Shown here in pieces: positions 48,679-58,175 of a DNA stretch of 64,000 nt; position 1 is the stretch's first letter; each line of letters starts with the position of its first letter. Below the pieces are notes generated by a model. That model searched no databases, had not been told where the DNA came from, and saw only the letters and a program-made list of their open reading frames with translations. The position numbers and the translations under genes were made by a program. The stretch is from Bacteroidota bacterium (GTDB taxonomy: Bacteria; Bacteroidota; Bacteroidia; Bacteroidales; JAAUTT01): assembly GCA_020048915.1 (NCBI GenBank), contig JAIFLU010000074.1:4148-68147 (forward strand), read 5' to 3'.

Positions 48679-50103
48679 ATGAAACTTACCGAAAATGAAA
48701 TCTGCTTTGGCCTTGTTGTCGGAACAAGAGGGTTTTTCAATAGCGAACTGGCTTCAGGTGGCCGGAAAGATTTAACCGCTTTGTTAGATCGCCTTGGTTA
48801 TAAGTATGTGATATTACCTGTTGAAGCCACACCCACCGGTTCGGTAGAAACCATAGACGATGCCCGAAAGGTGGCCGATCTGTTTATCGAAAACAGAAAA
48901 AAAGTAACCGGCATCATTGTGTCCTTGCCGAATTTTGGCGATGAATTGGGTATTGTAAATGCCATAAAATGGGCGAACCTTAATGTACCTGTCCTGGTGC
49001 AGGCAAGCGACGATGAAATTGGTAAAGACAGCATAAGCGAACGCCGCGATGCATTCTGCGGAAAACTATCAGTATGCAACAACTTCTATTACTACGGAAT
49101 CCAATTTACCGATACTTCTATCCATACCTGCAAAATCAGCAGCAAACTGTTCGAAGACGATATAGTCCGTTTTGCTGCGGTGTGTAGGGTAACCAATGGA
49201 TTAAAAAATGCCCGCATTGGTGCCATTGGTGCGCGTCCTGCCGCATTTCAAACCATGCGGTTCAGCGAAAAACTGTTGCAATCGTCGGGAATTACAGTGG
49301 TGCCGGTAGATATGTCCGAAATACTGGGCGCTGCTTCCAGGGTCGACGACAACGCTGCTGCACTGAAAGCAAAACTTGAAGCCATTGAAGCTTACGGTAA
49401 AATACCCTCAACAATTGCCCGGGAAAATGTAGTAAAACAAGCTAAATTCGGGGTTGCCTGCGAAGACTGGATTGCCCGGAACGACATTGATGCAGCAGCT
49501 TTTCAATGCTGGACATCTATTCAGGAAAATTACGGTTGTGCATCGTGCCTTACCATGAGTATGTTGGGCGACAAGCTTATTCCCAGTGCCTGCGAGGTGG
49601 ATGTTTGCGGCGTAGTTTCGATGTATGCCCTGACACTGGCTTCGGGAAATGCATCGGCATTGCTCGACTGGAACAACAATTATGGAGAGGACCGCAATAA
49701 ATGTGTTTGCACCCATTGCAGCAATTATCCGAAAAGTTTTGTCCAGAATGAAATAGAAATTTCCAACCTCGACATTCTTGGAGCTTCGCTGGGTGCTGAA
49801 AAGTGCTTCGGAGCTATCAAGGGTAAAGTTAAAGCAGGTCCGTTTACGTATTTCCGTATTGCCACCGACGATGTGAAGGGCAACATTAAAGCCTACATTG
49901 GCGAAGGTGAATATACCAACGACCCCAACCAGATGGATGGTGGAATCGCTGTAACAAAAATCAACAATCTTCAGCCCCTGATGAAATATCTTTGTAAAAA
50001 CGGTTTCGAACACCATGTAGCAATGGCACGTGGCAATGTGGCCGGTATCATTCAGGAGGCAGTAGATTCTTATTTGAGATGGGATTTATACAGACATGTT
50101 TAA
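48679..50103 (+). CDS. L-fucose-isomerase-family sugar isomerase (short, about 474-aa form)
   Basis: Domain organisation and motifs (GARPAAFQTMRF, ACEVDVCG, FEHHVAM) resemble the FucI/AraA superfamily. The specific substrate is not assignable. Confidence 0.65.
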   Translation: MKLTENEICFGLVVGTRGFFNSELASGGRKDLTALLDRLGYKYVILPVEATPTGSVETIDDARKVADLFIENRKKVTGIIVSLPNFGDELGIVNAIKWANLNVPVLVQASDDEIGKDSISERRDAFCGKLSVCNNFYYYGIQFTDTSIHTCKISSKLFEDDIVRFAAVCRVTNGLKNARIGAIGARPAAFQTMRFSEKLLQSSGITVVPVDMSEILGAASRVDDNAAALKAKLEAIEAYGKIPSTIARENVVKQAKFGVACEDWIARNDIDAAAFQCWTSIQENYGCASCLTMSMLGDKLIPSACEVDVCGVVSMYALTLASGNASALLDWNNNYGEDRNKCVCTHCSNYPKSFVQNEIEISNLDILGASLGAEKCFGAIKGKVKAGPFTYFRIATDDVKGNIKAYIGEGEYTNDPNQMDGGIAVTKINNLQPLMKYLCKNGFEHHVAMARGNVAGIIQEAVDSYLRWDLYRHV

Positions 50104-50418
50104 GTTCTGAACATATAGCAACACCATATTTTTTAAAGCCGACTGTGAATAGCTTGACAAGCTTATCGAAGCGGCTTAATAACAGAAAGTTGAAAATTAT
50201 GAGGATTTACAGGCACGCGAATGTGATAAATATGCCCCCATAACGCAAAAAGCAACAAATATCGGGCGAATACCTCCTATGAGCAACTGCATAGTGAAGG
50301 TTCAAAGTATGGAGTGAAACTAATTTGGCAACATATGAATCGTATTTGTTCAAAAACCAAAGTATTTTTGATCGAGAAATCAAATGTGATATTTAAGTTA
50401 AAGTATTAATATTGTATT

Positions 50419-51309
50419 ATGTATAAATCGGTGACTCTAATTCTTGCCTTGAGCATACTGGTTTCGTGTCAAACAAAACATCACGGGGACAATAATCTTT
50501 TGTTTGCAAAGTCTAATTTAATGGCGTGGTGTGTGGTACCCTTCGACAGTTTGGAAAGAGTACCTCAGGAAAGAGCTGCTATGCTTAAGGAACTTGGAAT
50601 AACAAAGCTCGCCTATGATTGGAGAGAAAAACATTTGCCGACTTTTAAGGAGGAAATCAAAGCTTTGAAGGATAATAAAATTGAACTAAAGGCTGTCTGG
50701 TTTTGGATTGCAACAACGGAGGCAAAACAATTGGACAGTGCCAACCAGATTATGTTCAATATGATAAAAGAGAGCAATATCAAAACTGATTTCTGGATAG
50801 GGATTGCCAAAGAATTTTTTGATGGACTTACTGACGAACAGAAACTGGTTAAGGGCGTGGAAGCATTAAAGTCGCTTCACAAAATGGCCTCTGGAATTGG
50901 ATGTACCATCAACTTATATAATCATGGTGATTGGTTTGGCGAACCGGATAATCAAATACGTATCATTGAGAAATCGGGGTTGAAAGATGTTGGGATCATT
51001 TATAGTTTTCACCATGCACATAATCAGATTAAAGATTTTCCTGCACGTTTGGATAGAATGAAGCCATATCTCAAAGCGATTAATATCAATGGCATGAAAG
51101 CCGATGGTCCACAAATTCTTCCTATAGGAAAAGGTGATAGTGAATTGGAAATGCTCAAGGCCATCAAAGCATCAGGGTACAATGGGCCAATCGGAATACT
51201 TGGTCATATTGCTGAAAAGGACGTTAAGAAAGTGCTGGAAGGTAACCTGAAAGGATTAAAGAAGCTGCTTGGCGAGATGGGCGAAAACGAAGCATTAGCA
51301 ACATATTGA
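50419..51309 (+). CDS. Exported xylose-isomerase-like TIM-barrel (sugar phosphate isomerase/epimerase family) protein
   Basis: Lipobox ILVSC and NLYNHGDWFGEP...SFHHAHNQ metal-site-like motifs. Confidence 0.55.
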   Translation: MYKSVTLILALSILVSCQTKHHGDNNLLFAKSNLMAWCVVPFDSLERVPQERAAMLKELGITKLAYDWREKHLPTFKEEIKALKDNKIELKAVWFWIATTEAKQLDSANQIMFNMIKESNIKTDFWIGIAKEFFDGLTDEQKLVKGVEALKSLHKMASGIGCTINLYNHGDWFGEPDNQIRIIEKSGLKDVGIIYSFHHAHNQIKDFPARLDRMKPYLKAININGMKADGPQILPIGKGDSELEMLKAIKASGYNGPIGILGHIAEKDVKKVLEGNLKGLKKLLGEMGENEALATY

Positions 51310-51338
51310 ATTTTATAATTTTAAAAATATAACTTATA

Positions 51339-52535
51339 ATGAAAATTAATTTTTGGTCAACAATATTCCTTGCAGGATTTTTTTTGATAAATACATCGTG
51401 TAAGCAAAAAACTTCATCGACGGATGAGGAAACAACTGCTGACACCATGGAATTTGTGCCAAATCCTGTTGCTGTTCCCAAACAGGAAGTGAAAACATTG
51501 GAGACGGGACAATCCGCACCCGATTTCCGATTACCGGATGTATATGGAAAATTTGTCTCGCTCAGCGACTTCAACAAAGCAGACGTATTGGTGATTGTTT
51601 TTCATTGTAATCATTGCCCAACTGCCCAGGCCTATGAAGACAGGATGATCGACTTCAGTAATGATTACAAAGGCAAAAGCGTAGCCTTGGTTGCCATTAT
51701 GCCAAACAGTGCATTGGGTCTGCTTCCGGAAGAATGTGGTTATTCAGATTTGAATGACTCTTATAAGGAAATGAAAATCAGATATGAGCATAAGAAATAC
51801 AATTTCCCTTACTTATATGATGGAGACATTCAGTCGGTAGCCATTGCCTATGGGCCCCATGCGACTCCTCATGCTTTTGTTTTTGATAAAGACAGAAAAC
51901 TTTGTTATAATGGAAGAATTGATGGGATAGAAAAGCCGGGGGCAGCTAATTCGGAGGATTTGCGTGCCGCAGTGGATGCAGTTCTGGCCGGAAAACCTGT
52001 TGAAACTCCCGTGAACAAAGTTTTTGGATGCACTACAAAATGGGCATGGAAAAATGAATGGGGTAAGGAAGTAGAGGCAAAATGGAATGCACTACCTTCT
52101 ACTTTATCAAAATTGAATGAAGCTGGGATAAAAGAGTTAGTAAGGAACCCTACCGACAAACTCAGGTTGATCAATGTGTGGGCAACATGGTGTGCCCCTT
52201 GCATTTTGGAATATCCGGATTTAGTGCAGCTTCAGCGGTGGTATGGTCAGCGCAATTTTGAATTTGTTTCGCTATCGGCAGATAATCCGGAGCATCTCGA
52301 CAGAGTAGAAAAATTCCTGGATAAGACTCATTCGCCCGTAACGAATTATATCTTTGATGGTAAGGATAAATATAAATTCATTGAGGCCATTGATCCAGGC
52401 TGGAATGGCGCATTACCTTATACCTTATTAATAGAACCAGGCGGGAAAGTTGTTTATAGCTATCAGGGTCCGGTTGACTTATTGGAATTGAAGAGAGCTA
52501 TTGTAGAACATCCGTTGATGGGCAGATATTTTTAA
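51339..52535 (+). CDS. Lipoprotein with two thioredoxin-fold (redoxin/TlpA-like) domains
   Basis: Lipobox NTSC. First domain CNHC (VIVFHCNHCPTAQ), second domain WCAPC (NVWATWCAPC). Confidence 0.8.
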   Translation: MKINFWSTIFLAGFFLINTSCKQKTSSTDEETTADTMEFVPNPVAVPKQEVKTLETGQSAPDFRLPDVYGKFVSLSDFNKADVLVIVFHCNHCPTAQAYEDRMIDFSNDYKGKSVALVAIMPNSALGLLPEECGYSDLNDSYKEMKIRYEHKKYNFPYLYDGDIQSVAIAYGPHATPHAFVFDKDRKLCYNGRIDGIEKPGAANSEDLRAAVDAVLAGKPVETPVNKVFGCTTKWAWKNEWGKEVEAKWNALPSTLSKLNEAGIKELVRNPTDKLRLINVWATWCAPCILEYPDLVQLQRWYGQRNFEFVSLSADNPEHLDRVEKFLDKTHSPVTNYIFDGKDKYKFIEAIDPGWNGALPYTLLIEPGGKVVYSYQGPVDLLELKRAIVEHPLMGRYF

Positions 52536-52564
52536 TTCGACTTTATTTTATTTTTAGATATACT

Positions 52565-54226
52565 ATGTATAGAATAATCTTAATCATTACTACAGCCTTA
52601 ACACTTTCATTTATAGTGGGCTGTAAGCAGGAAGCAATTGTTGTTGCCGAACAATGGTCGGAAACCGAAATTGTTTTCACCTCTGATAAACAGGTTAAAA
52701 ATCCTTACACCGATATTGAGTTTTGGGTGGAATTTACCGGGCCATCTGGCGAAAAGCTCAGCAGGCCGGGTTTTTGGGATGGCGGCAATACCTTCAGGGT
52801 ACGTTTTGCCAATCCGCTTGATAAAGGCGAATGGCAATGGATAAGTTTCGCATCGGATACAACCGACATCGGCGTACATGGAAAAACAGGCAAACTGTTG
52901 TCGGCTCTATATTCCGGCAATAACCCGCTGATAAAAAATGGCTTGTTGTGCATGTCTCCTGGTAAACGCAACGTGGTTCATGCCAATGGTAAATCCTTCC
53001 TGATGATTGGCGACACTCCCTGGGCTTTGCCCTGGAGGGGAACAACAGAATCAGTAACTGAATATGCAAAAAAAAGGCATTCACAAGGTTTCAACACCGC
53101 CCTGCTCATGTCGTTGCAGCCCGACAGGGAAGCCATGGGCCCTCGCAACCGGACTGATGAAGGCGCTTTTGATGTAGCTTTCGAAGACCTAAAGGATGGT
53201 CATATCAATAATCCAAATGTGGCGTATTTCCAATATTTCGATTCATTACGGAACATCCTGATTGATCATGGAATTGTGCCGGTTTTTCAACCAGTTTTCC
53301 ATGGTTTTGGCTGGAAGGGAATGAAAGTGCTGGGCTGGGATATGGATGCTAAAGAATATGCCCGTTACTGCCGCTACCTGGTAGCGCGATATGGTGCAAA
53401 ACCTGCCATGTGGCTGGTGGGGGCCGATGCAGACGGTCGGAATACAGGCGTAAAAGTAGGTGGTGAGGAAATCGAAAAATGGGATGCCTACAAGCAACCA
53501 ACAGGCCTGCATTATTCACCGTTTGATGACCGAACTCCGGAATGGCTCAAAGATGTTGGCGGAAAGTATGAACCTCACATGAACCGATCGTTCCAGGATG
53601 CTGTATGGCTCGACTTTCAATGGTGCCAGACCGGTCACAGCGGTGAACACCTTTTTCACAAAGTGGGGTTGATGTATAACAACATCCCCGTTAAAGCAGT
53701 TGCCAATGGAGAACCTACCTACGAAGGCATAAGCAGGCCTGAAAATGGTTCCGGATGGTGGCAGGGGCACGAAGCCTGGTCGCAGTTTTTGTCGGGCGGA
53801 ACCATGGGAGTGGTTTATGGAGCCGGTAGTCTCTGGAACTGGAAACTCTCGGCCAATGAACCCGGTTGGGCCGGTTGGGCCAATTCGAACGTGTCGTGGA
53901 AGGAGGCACTGCAGTTACCCGGAGCAAATTATGTGGGCTATCTGGCAAAAGCCCTGGAAGGTTTGAAAATTACCGATATCGAAAAACATCCCGAATTGGC
54001 AGGTGGTAATTTGTGCCTTGCCCGACCCGGAGAACTTTACCTGGTTTACCTGCCGGAAGGTGGCGAAGTAACCCTTAGCGGATTGCCAAAAGATTTAGTT
54101 TTCCGCTGGTTCAACCCGATTGAGGGGGCGTTTTTCGCTCAGGGTAATACAACCGCTGTTCAGAAATTTTCCGCAGAAAAAGGCAAGCCCGCAGTACTTA
54201 TCGTTTCAACGCTCCTTATTAAATGA
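52565..54226 (+). CDS. DUF5060 plus DUF4038 / GH140-like glycoside hydrolase lipoprotein
   Basis: Lipobox IVGC. Ig-like N-terminal region with EIVFTS...NPYTDIEFWVEFTGPSG...GFWDGGNTFRVRF, then GKSFLMIGDTPWAL...RHSQGFNTALLMS. Confidence 0.7.
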   Translation: MYRIILIITTALTLSFIVGCKQEAIVVAEQWSETEIVFTSDKQVKNPYTDIEFWVEFTGPSGEKLSRPGFWDGGNTFRVRFANPLDKGEWQWISFASDTTDIGVHGKTGKLLSALYSGNNPLIKNGLLCMSPGKRNVVHANGKSFLMIGDTPWALPWRGTTESVTEYAKKRHSQGFNTALLMSLQPDREAMGPRNRTDEGAFDVAFEDLKDGHINNPNVAYFQYFDSLRNILIDHGIVPVFQPVFHGFGWKGMKVLGWDMDAKEYARYCRYLVARYGAKPAMWLVGADADGRNTGVKVGGEEIEKWDAYKQPTGLHYSPFDDRTPEWLKDVGGKYEPHMNRSFQDAVWLDFQWCQTGHSGEHLFHKVGLMYNNIPVKAVANGEPTYEGISRPENGSGWWQGHEAWSQFLSGGTMGVVYGAGSLWNWKLSANEPGWAGWANSNVSWKEALQLPGANYVGYLAKALEGLKITDIEKHPELAGGNLCLARPGELYLVYLPEGGEVTLSGLPKDLVFRWFNPIEGAFFAQGNTTAVQKFSAEKGKPAVLIVSTLLIK

Positions 54227-54867
54227 TAAAAGGAATATTGTTCGATATGGATGGCGTATTGCTCGATTCGGAGCACCTAACTTCGCAAGCCGCCATCAAT
54301 TATTTTTCACAAAAAGCTTTTGCTGTAAAACACGAGGATTTTATTCCTTTTTACGGAACCGGCGAAAAAGGTTTTTTTGGTGGTGTGGCTGCAAAATATG
54401 GGATTCCTTACGACAATTCTTTAGAAGCGGATAAGATTTACATGGAATATGAAAAACTGGCACAGGGTAACATTAAACCTTTGCCAGGCGTAGTTGATTT
54501 CATTGCCCTTTGTCGCGAAAAGAATCTGAAAATGGCAGTTGCAACCAGCGCAGGCCGCTTAAAAATGGAAATTAACCTTAGAATACTTGGTTTTGCAAGT
54601 ACTACTTTTGATGCCCTGGTTTGCGGCTACGACATTGTCAATAACAAACCCCATCCTGAAATTTTTATCACAGCGGCACGAAAACTGGGATTGAAGCCCG
54701 AAGAATGCCTTGTAGTGGAAGATGCGCCAAGTGGAGTGAAAGCCGGTAAAATGGCGGGTGCGAAATGCCTTGCCCTTACTACTTCGGTTTCAGCGGCTGC
54801 GCTTGCGGAAGCTGATTGGATTATTAAAGATTTAACCGAATATCCGGAGGAAGTTTTTAATTTTTGA
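54223..54867 (+). CDS. HAD-superfamily hydrolase (beta-phosphoglucomutase-like subfamily)
   Basis: ILFDMDGVLLDSE (DxDxV/T), ATSAG, and VVEDAPSGVKAGKMAG. ATGA overlap with the upstream gene. Confidence 0.85.
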   Translation: MIKGILFDMDGVLLDSEHLTSQAAINYFSQKAFAVKHEDFIPFYGTGEKGFFGGVAAKYGIPYDNSLEADKIYMEYEKLAQGNIKPLPGVVDFIALCREKNLKMAVATSAGRLKMEINLRILGFASTTFDALVCGYDIVNNKPHPEIFITAARKLGLKPEECLVVEDAPSGVKAGKMAGAKCLALTTSVSAAALAEADWIIKDLTEYPEEVFNF

Positions 54868-54931
54868 TGCGAGTCCTTTAGAATTTTAATGATGATGTTG
54901 ATTTCAAACCTGAAAAACTAATATGTAGCAT

Positions 54932-56032
54932 ATGGATGCAAAAAACCTCCAGGTTAAAGATTTAGCTCAAATTGAAGAAAATGGTTTTATTGTAAATGTT
55001 TTTCATTTTCCCGGTGATCCCGATAACGCCAACCGCATAAGGATCTCATCCTCTGTTATGGAAGTCGAATTGCTTCCATCCAAAGGGTTGTCGCTTTTAC
55101 AGGCATGGATGATGGGCAAACCAATATTTTGGGAAGCACCCATTAACGTTCCAAACACCGATACAATCAATTTGTGGTCCGGTGAGGTTTCTATCAATGG
55201 CTCACCTGCGCCAGGTTTTACTTTTTTAAAAACCCTGGTAGGCGGGATTGAGCTTTATGGCCTCCGTAACTGGGGAATGCCTTCTGTAATTGAAGGTAAG
55301 CTGCTACCCTTGCATGGCGAAACATCGAACATCCCGGTCAGCGAAGTGCAGTTTGGCGTCGAAAATGACGAATGTTTCGTTCGGGCAAGCTTTATTTACC
55401 GAACTTTCGAAGGAAATAATGATCTACCTTGGTACCAAAGGGGAGAAGCCTTGTTCCGGGTTACCAAAAAAGTGGTTCTTAAAAAAAATGCTGCGGAGAT
55501 TTTGCTGGAAGATACCATTGAAAATATCAGCAACCGAAGCTTGACGCCCGATTGGGGCTACCACATCACCTTCCGGCCCGAAGAAGGAGCCAGGTATATT
55601 GTGCCTTCTCAAACAGCACACTTGCGTGGCGGAAATGCGCTGCCTGCTGATATTCAAACCTGGCACAAAGCAAAAGATGAAAGCATCCGAACCGAAACCG
55701 GTATAATTCACAAAAACATAAAAATTTCGGAGAATGGTTTGTGCGAATCGCAACTGGTATATCCCGACGGTTCCGGAATAAAGGTTTTCACAACTCCTTC
55801 CCTGTATTTTCAAACCTGGTTCTGCTGCGGAGGCAAAGGTTCAAAAGAGTTTACCGACAATGCCGGAAATTCGCTGCTGCACCAAAACTGGGATGGCATG
55901 GGTATCGAAATCGGATCGAGCCCTCTCGATCATGACGGGAATATTGATAAAAGTGTAAATTATAACCCTGAACTTAAACCGGGAGAGAAGAAAAGCATTG
56001 TGATTTCGGTAAACAGGATGGAGTATTCTTGA
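54932..56032 (+). CDS. Cytoplasmic DUF4432 / aldose-1-epimerase-like protein
   Basis: No signal peptide. The size and LPSKGLSLLQAWMMGKPIFW...HGE pattern resemble the mutarotase-fold DUF4432 family. This is a weak by-eye call. Confidence 0.4.
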   Translation: MDAKNLQVKDLAQIEENGFIVNVFHFPGDPDNANRIRISSSVMEVELLPSKGLSLLQAWMMGKPIFWEAPINVPNTDTINLWSGEVSINGSPAPGFTFLKTLVGGIELYGLRNWGMPSVIEGKLLPLHGETSNIPVSEVQFGVENDECFVRASFIYRTFEGNNDLPWYQRGEALFRVTKKVVLKKNAAEILLEDTIENISNRSLTPDWGYHITFRPEEGARYIVPSQTAHLRGGNALPADIQTWHKAKDESIRTETGIIHKNIKISENGLCESQLVYPDGSGIKVFTTPSLYFQTWFCCGGKGSKEFTDNAGNSLLHQNWDGMGIEIGSSPLDHDGNIDKSVNYNPELKPGEKKSIVISVNRMEYS

Positions 56033-56266
56033 TTCGAATTGATCATCAATCTGGTATGAATAAAAGCTTAAACAAATTTTAAGGAAATTTGCTAAATCAG
56101 TTTTTAATATATAATTATCTTCGGGATAAATTTTAAAGCTAAAATTTACATACGCATATTATTCTATTTTTCAATAGTCTGATTGTCACATATTATAGTG
56201 GCTGAGTTGAGAGTAATTTAGTTCAAAAAGTCATAAAATTCATGACATAAACAAAAAATTGTACCT

Positions 56267-58153
56267 ATGAAAATAAGTCAACTGCTTATTTTATTATTAG
56301 TTCCTTCGCTTGCATTTGCCAGGGAGTATCATGTCTCGAAAAACGGGAACGAATTAAATAACGGCTCAACAACAAATCCGTTTTTAACGATAAAACAAGC
56401 AGTACATGCGGCCCTTCCGGGAGATACAATTACGGTGCATGGAGGAACTTACCGCGAATGGATTAATCCTTTACGGGGTGGCGAGAGCGATTTAATAAGA
56501 ATACTCTATCGTGCTGCGCCTGGTGAAAAGGTAGAAATTAAAGGTTCGGAAATCATAAAAGGTTGGGTAAAAGTTAAGGATGGTGTTTGGAAAGTTTCAC
56601 TTCCAAATTCTTTTTTTGGAAATTATAACCCCTATAGAGATTCGGTAAATGGCGACTGGTTTATTCCCAAAGGCCGTATTTATCATACGGGTGAAGTTTT
56701 TCTCAATGGGAAACCTTTGTACGAAATGGAAACAATGGGCAAAGTACTCAATACGGAGGTAATCCCGGAAATAAAGGTTAAAGAAGGATCGGATTATGTG
56801 TGGTATTGTGAAACGGATGAAAATAATACAACCATCTGGGCTAATTTTCATAAATTTAATCCAAATAAAGAACTGGTTGAGATTAGTAAACGTAACACCT
56901 GTTTCTATCCTGAAAATCCTGGTATTAATTTTATCACAGTGCGTGGGTTTCATTTCAGTCAGGCTGCAACACAATGGGCTGCACCAACCGCCGGGCAGGT
57001 TGGAATGATTGCTACTCACTGGAACAAGGGTTGGATAATTGAAAACAATGTAATCAGCGATTCAAAAAACAACGGAATTACGCTGGGTAAAGAACGTGAA
57101 ACTGGACACAATGTATGGTCAGCCGATGTTGGCAACATTAACCGCGACGGAAATATTCATTACATCGAAGTTGTTTTTAATGTATTACGTAACAATTGGA
57201 ATAAGAAGCATATTGGTTCGCATGTGGTAAGGAACAACACCATTTACAATTGTGGGCAGACAGGCATTTGCGGCAGCATGGGCGCAGTATTCAGTATAAT
57301 AGAAAACAATCATATTTATAATATCTGGACAAACCGTTTGTATGCCGGTTGGGAAATTGCAGGCATAAAATTCCATGCACCCATTGATGTTACTATTCGT
57401 AAAAACAGAATTCACGACTGCGGCCGCGGAGTTTGGCTCGACTGGATGACCCAGGGGGCGCGTGTTTCAAGTAATTTGTTTTACAATAACGATCACGAAG
57501 ACTTATTTGTTGAAGTAAATCATGGTCCCTATATAGCAGACAATAATATTTTGCTTTCGCCTACAGCAATCAGCAATCAGTCTCAGGGTGGAGCTTATGT
57601 ACATAATTTGATTGCCGGAAAAATATCCGTTCGTAACGAACCCAATCGGTTTACCCCATACTTCCTGCCACACTCCATTGATATGGCTGGTCTTACGACT
57701 ATCTATGGAGGTGACGACCGTTATTATAATAATATCATTACGGGGAATGATTTAAACCCCGAAAGTAATAATGGCCTCGAAGCATACAATGAATTCAAGC
57801 TGCCCGCATGGCTCGATGGAAATGTCTATTTTAACGGGATCAAACCTTCGGGGAAGGATGTCAATTTTGTAAGTTCTCCGGAATTTGATCCTGAAATTAA
57901 GATTGTTGAGGAAGGAGAAAAGGTGTTTCTGCAGTTTACGGTCGATCAGATATGTGCAAATCATAAAGTAAAATTGATCGGCACAGAGATATTAGGAAAA
58001 GCGAAGGTTCCAAAGGCAGCTTTTGATAATCCCGATGACTCACCTTTAAATTTCGATAAAGACTTCAGCGGGAAAAAACGGTTGGCTGAGAATGTCACAG
58101 CAGGCCCTTTCATAGATTTAAAACCTGAAAAAATGTTCATTGCAGTTTGGTAG
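56267..58153 (+). CDS. Secreted right-handed parallel beta-helix repeat protein (glycanase or lyase; family unassigned)
   Basis: Signal peptide. YHVSKNGN...GSTTNPFLTIKQAVHAALPGDTITVHGGTYRE N-terminus. Repeated N-rich turns (NNVISDSKNNGITLG, RNNTIYNCGQTGI, KNRIHDCGRGVWLD). Confidence 0.7.
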   Translation: MKISQLLILLLVPSLAFAREYHVSKNGNELNNGSTTNPFLTIKQAVHAALPGDTITVHGGTYREWINPLRGGESDLIRILYRAAPGEKVEIKGSEIIKGWVKVKDGVWKVSLPNSFFGNYNPYRDSVNGDWFIPKGRIYHTGEVFLNGKPLYEMETMGKVLNTEVIPEIKVKEGSDYVWYCETDENNTTIWANFHKFNPNKELVEISKRNTCFYPENPGINFITVRGFHFSQAATQWAAPTAGQVGMIATHWNKGWIIENNVISDSKNNGITLGKERETGHNVWSADVGNINRDGNIHYIEVVFNVLRNNWNKKHIGSHVVRNNTIYNCGQTGICGSMGAVFSIIENNHIYNIWTNRLYAGWEIAGIKFHAPIDVTIRKNRIHDCGRGVWLDWMTQGARVSSNLFYNNDHEDLFVEVNHGPYIADNNILLSPTAISNQSQGGAYVHNLIAGKISVRNEPNRFTPYFLPHSIDMAGLTTIYGGDDRYYNNIITGNDLNPESNNGLEAYNEFKLPAWLDGNVYFNGIKPSGKDVNFVSSPEFDPEIKIVEEGEKVFLQFTVDQICANHKVKLIGTEILGKAKVPKAAFDNPDDSPLNFDKDFSGKKRLAENVTAGPFIDLKPEKMFIAVW

Positions 58154-58175
58154 TCACTAATAACTGTTATAGTAA

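Noticed and set aside
49408-50016. 202-aa minus-strand ORF, the longest unexplained ORF in the track
   Set aside because: It is fully antisense to the FucI-family isomerase gene. It has no start context, no motifs and a Cys/Phe/Asn-rich composition typical of shadow frames.
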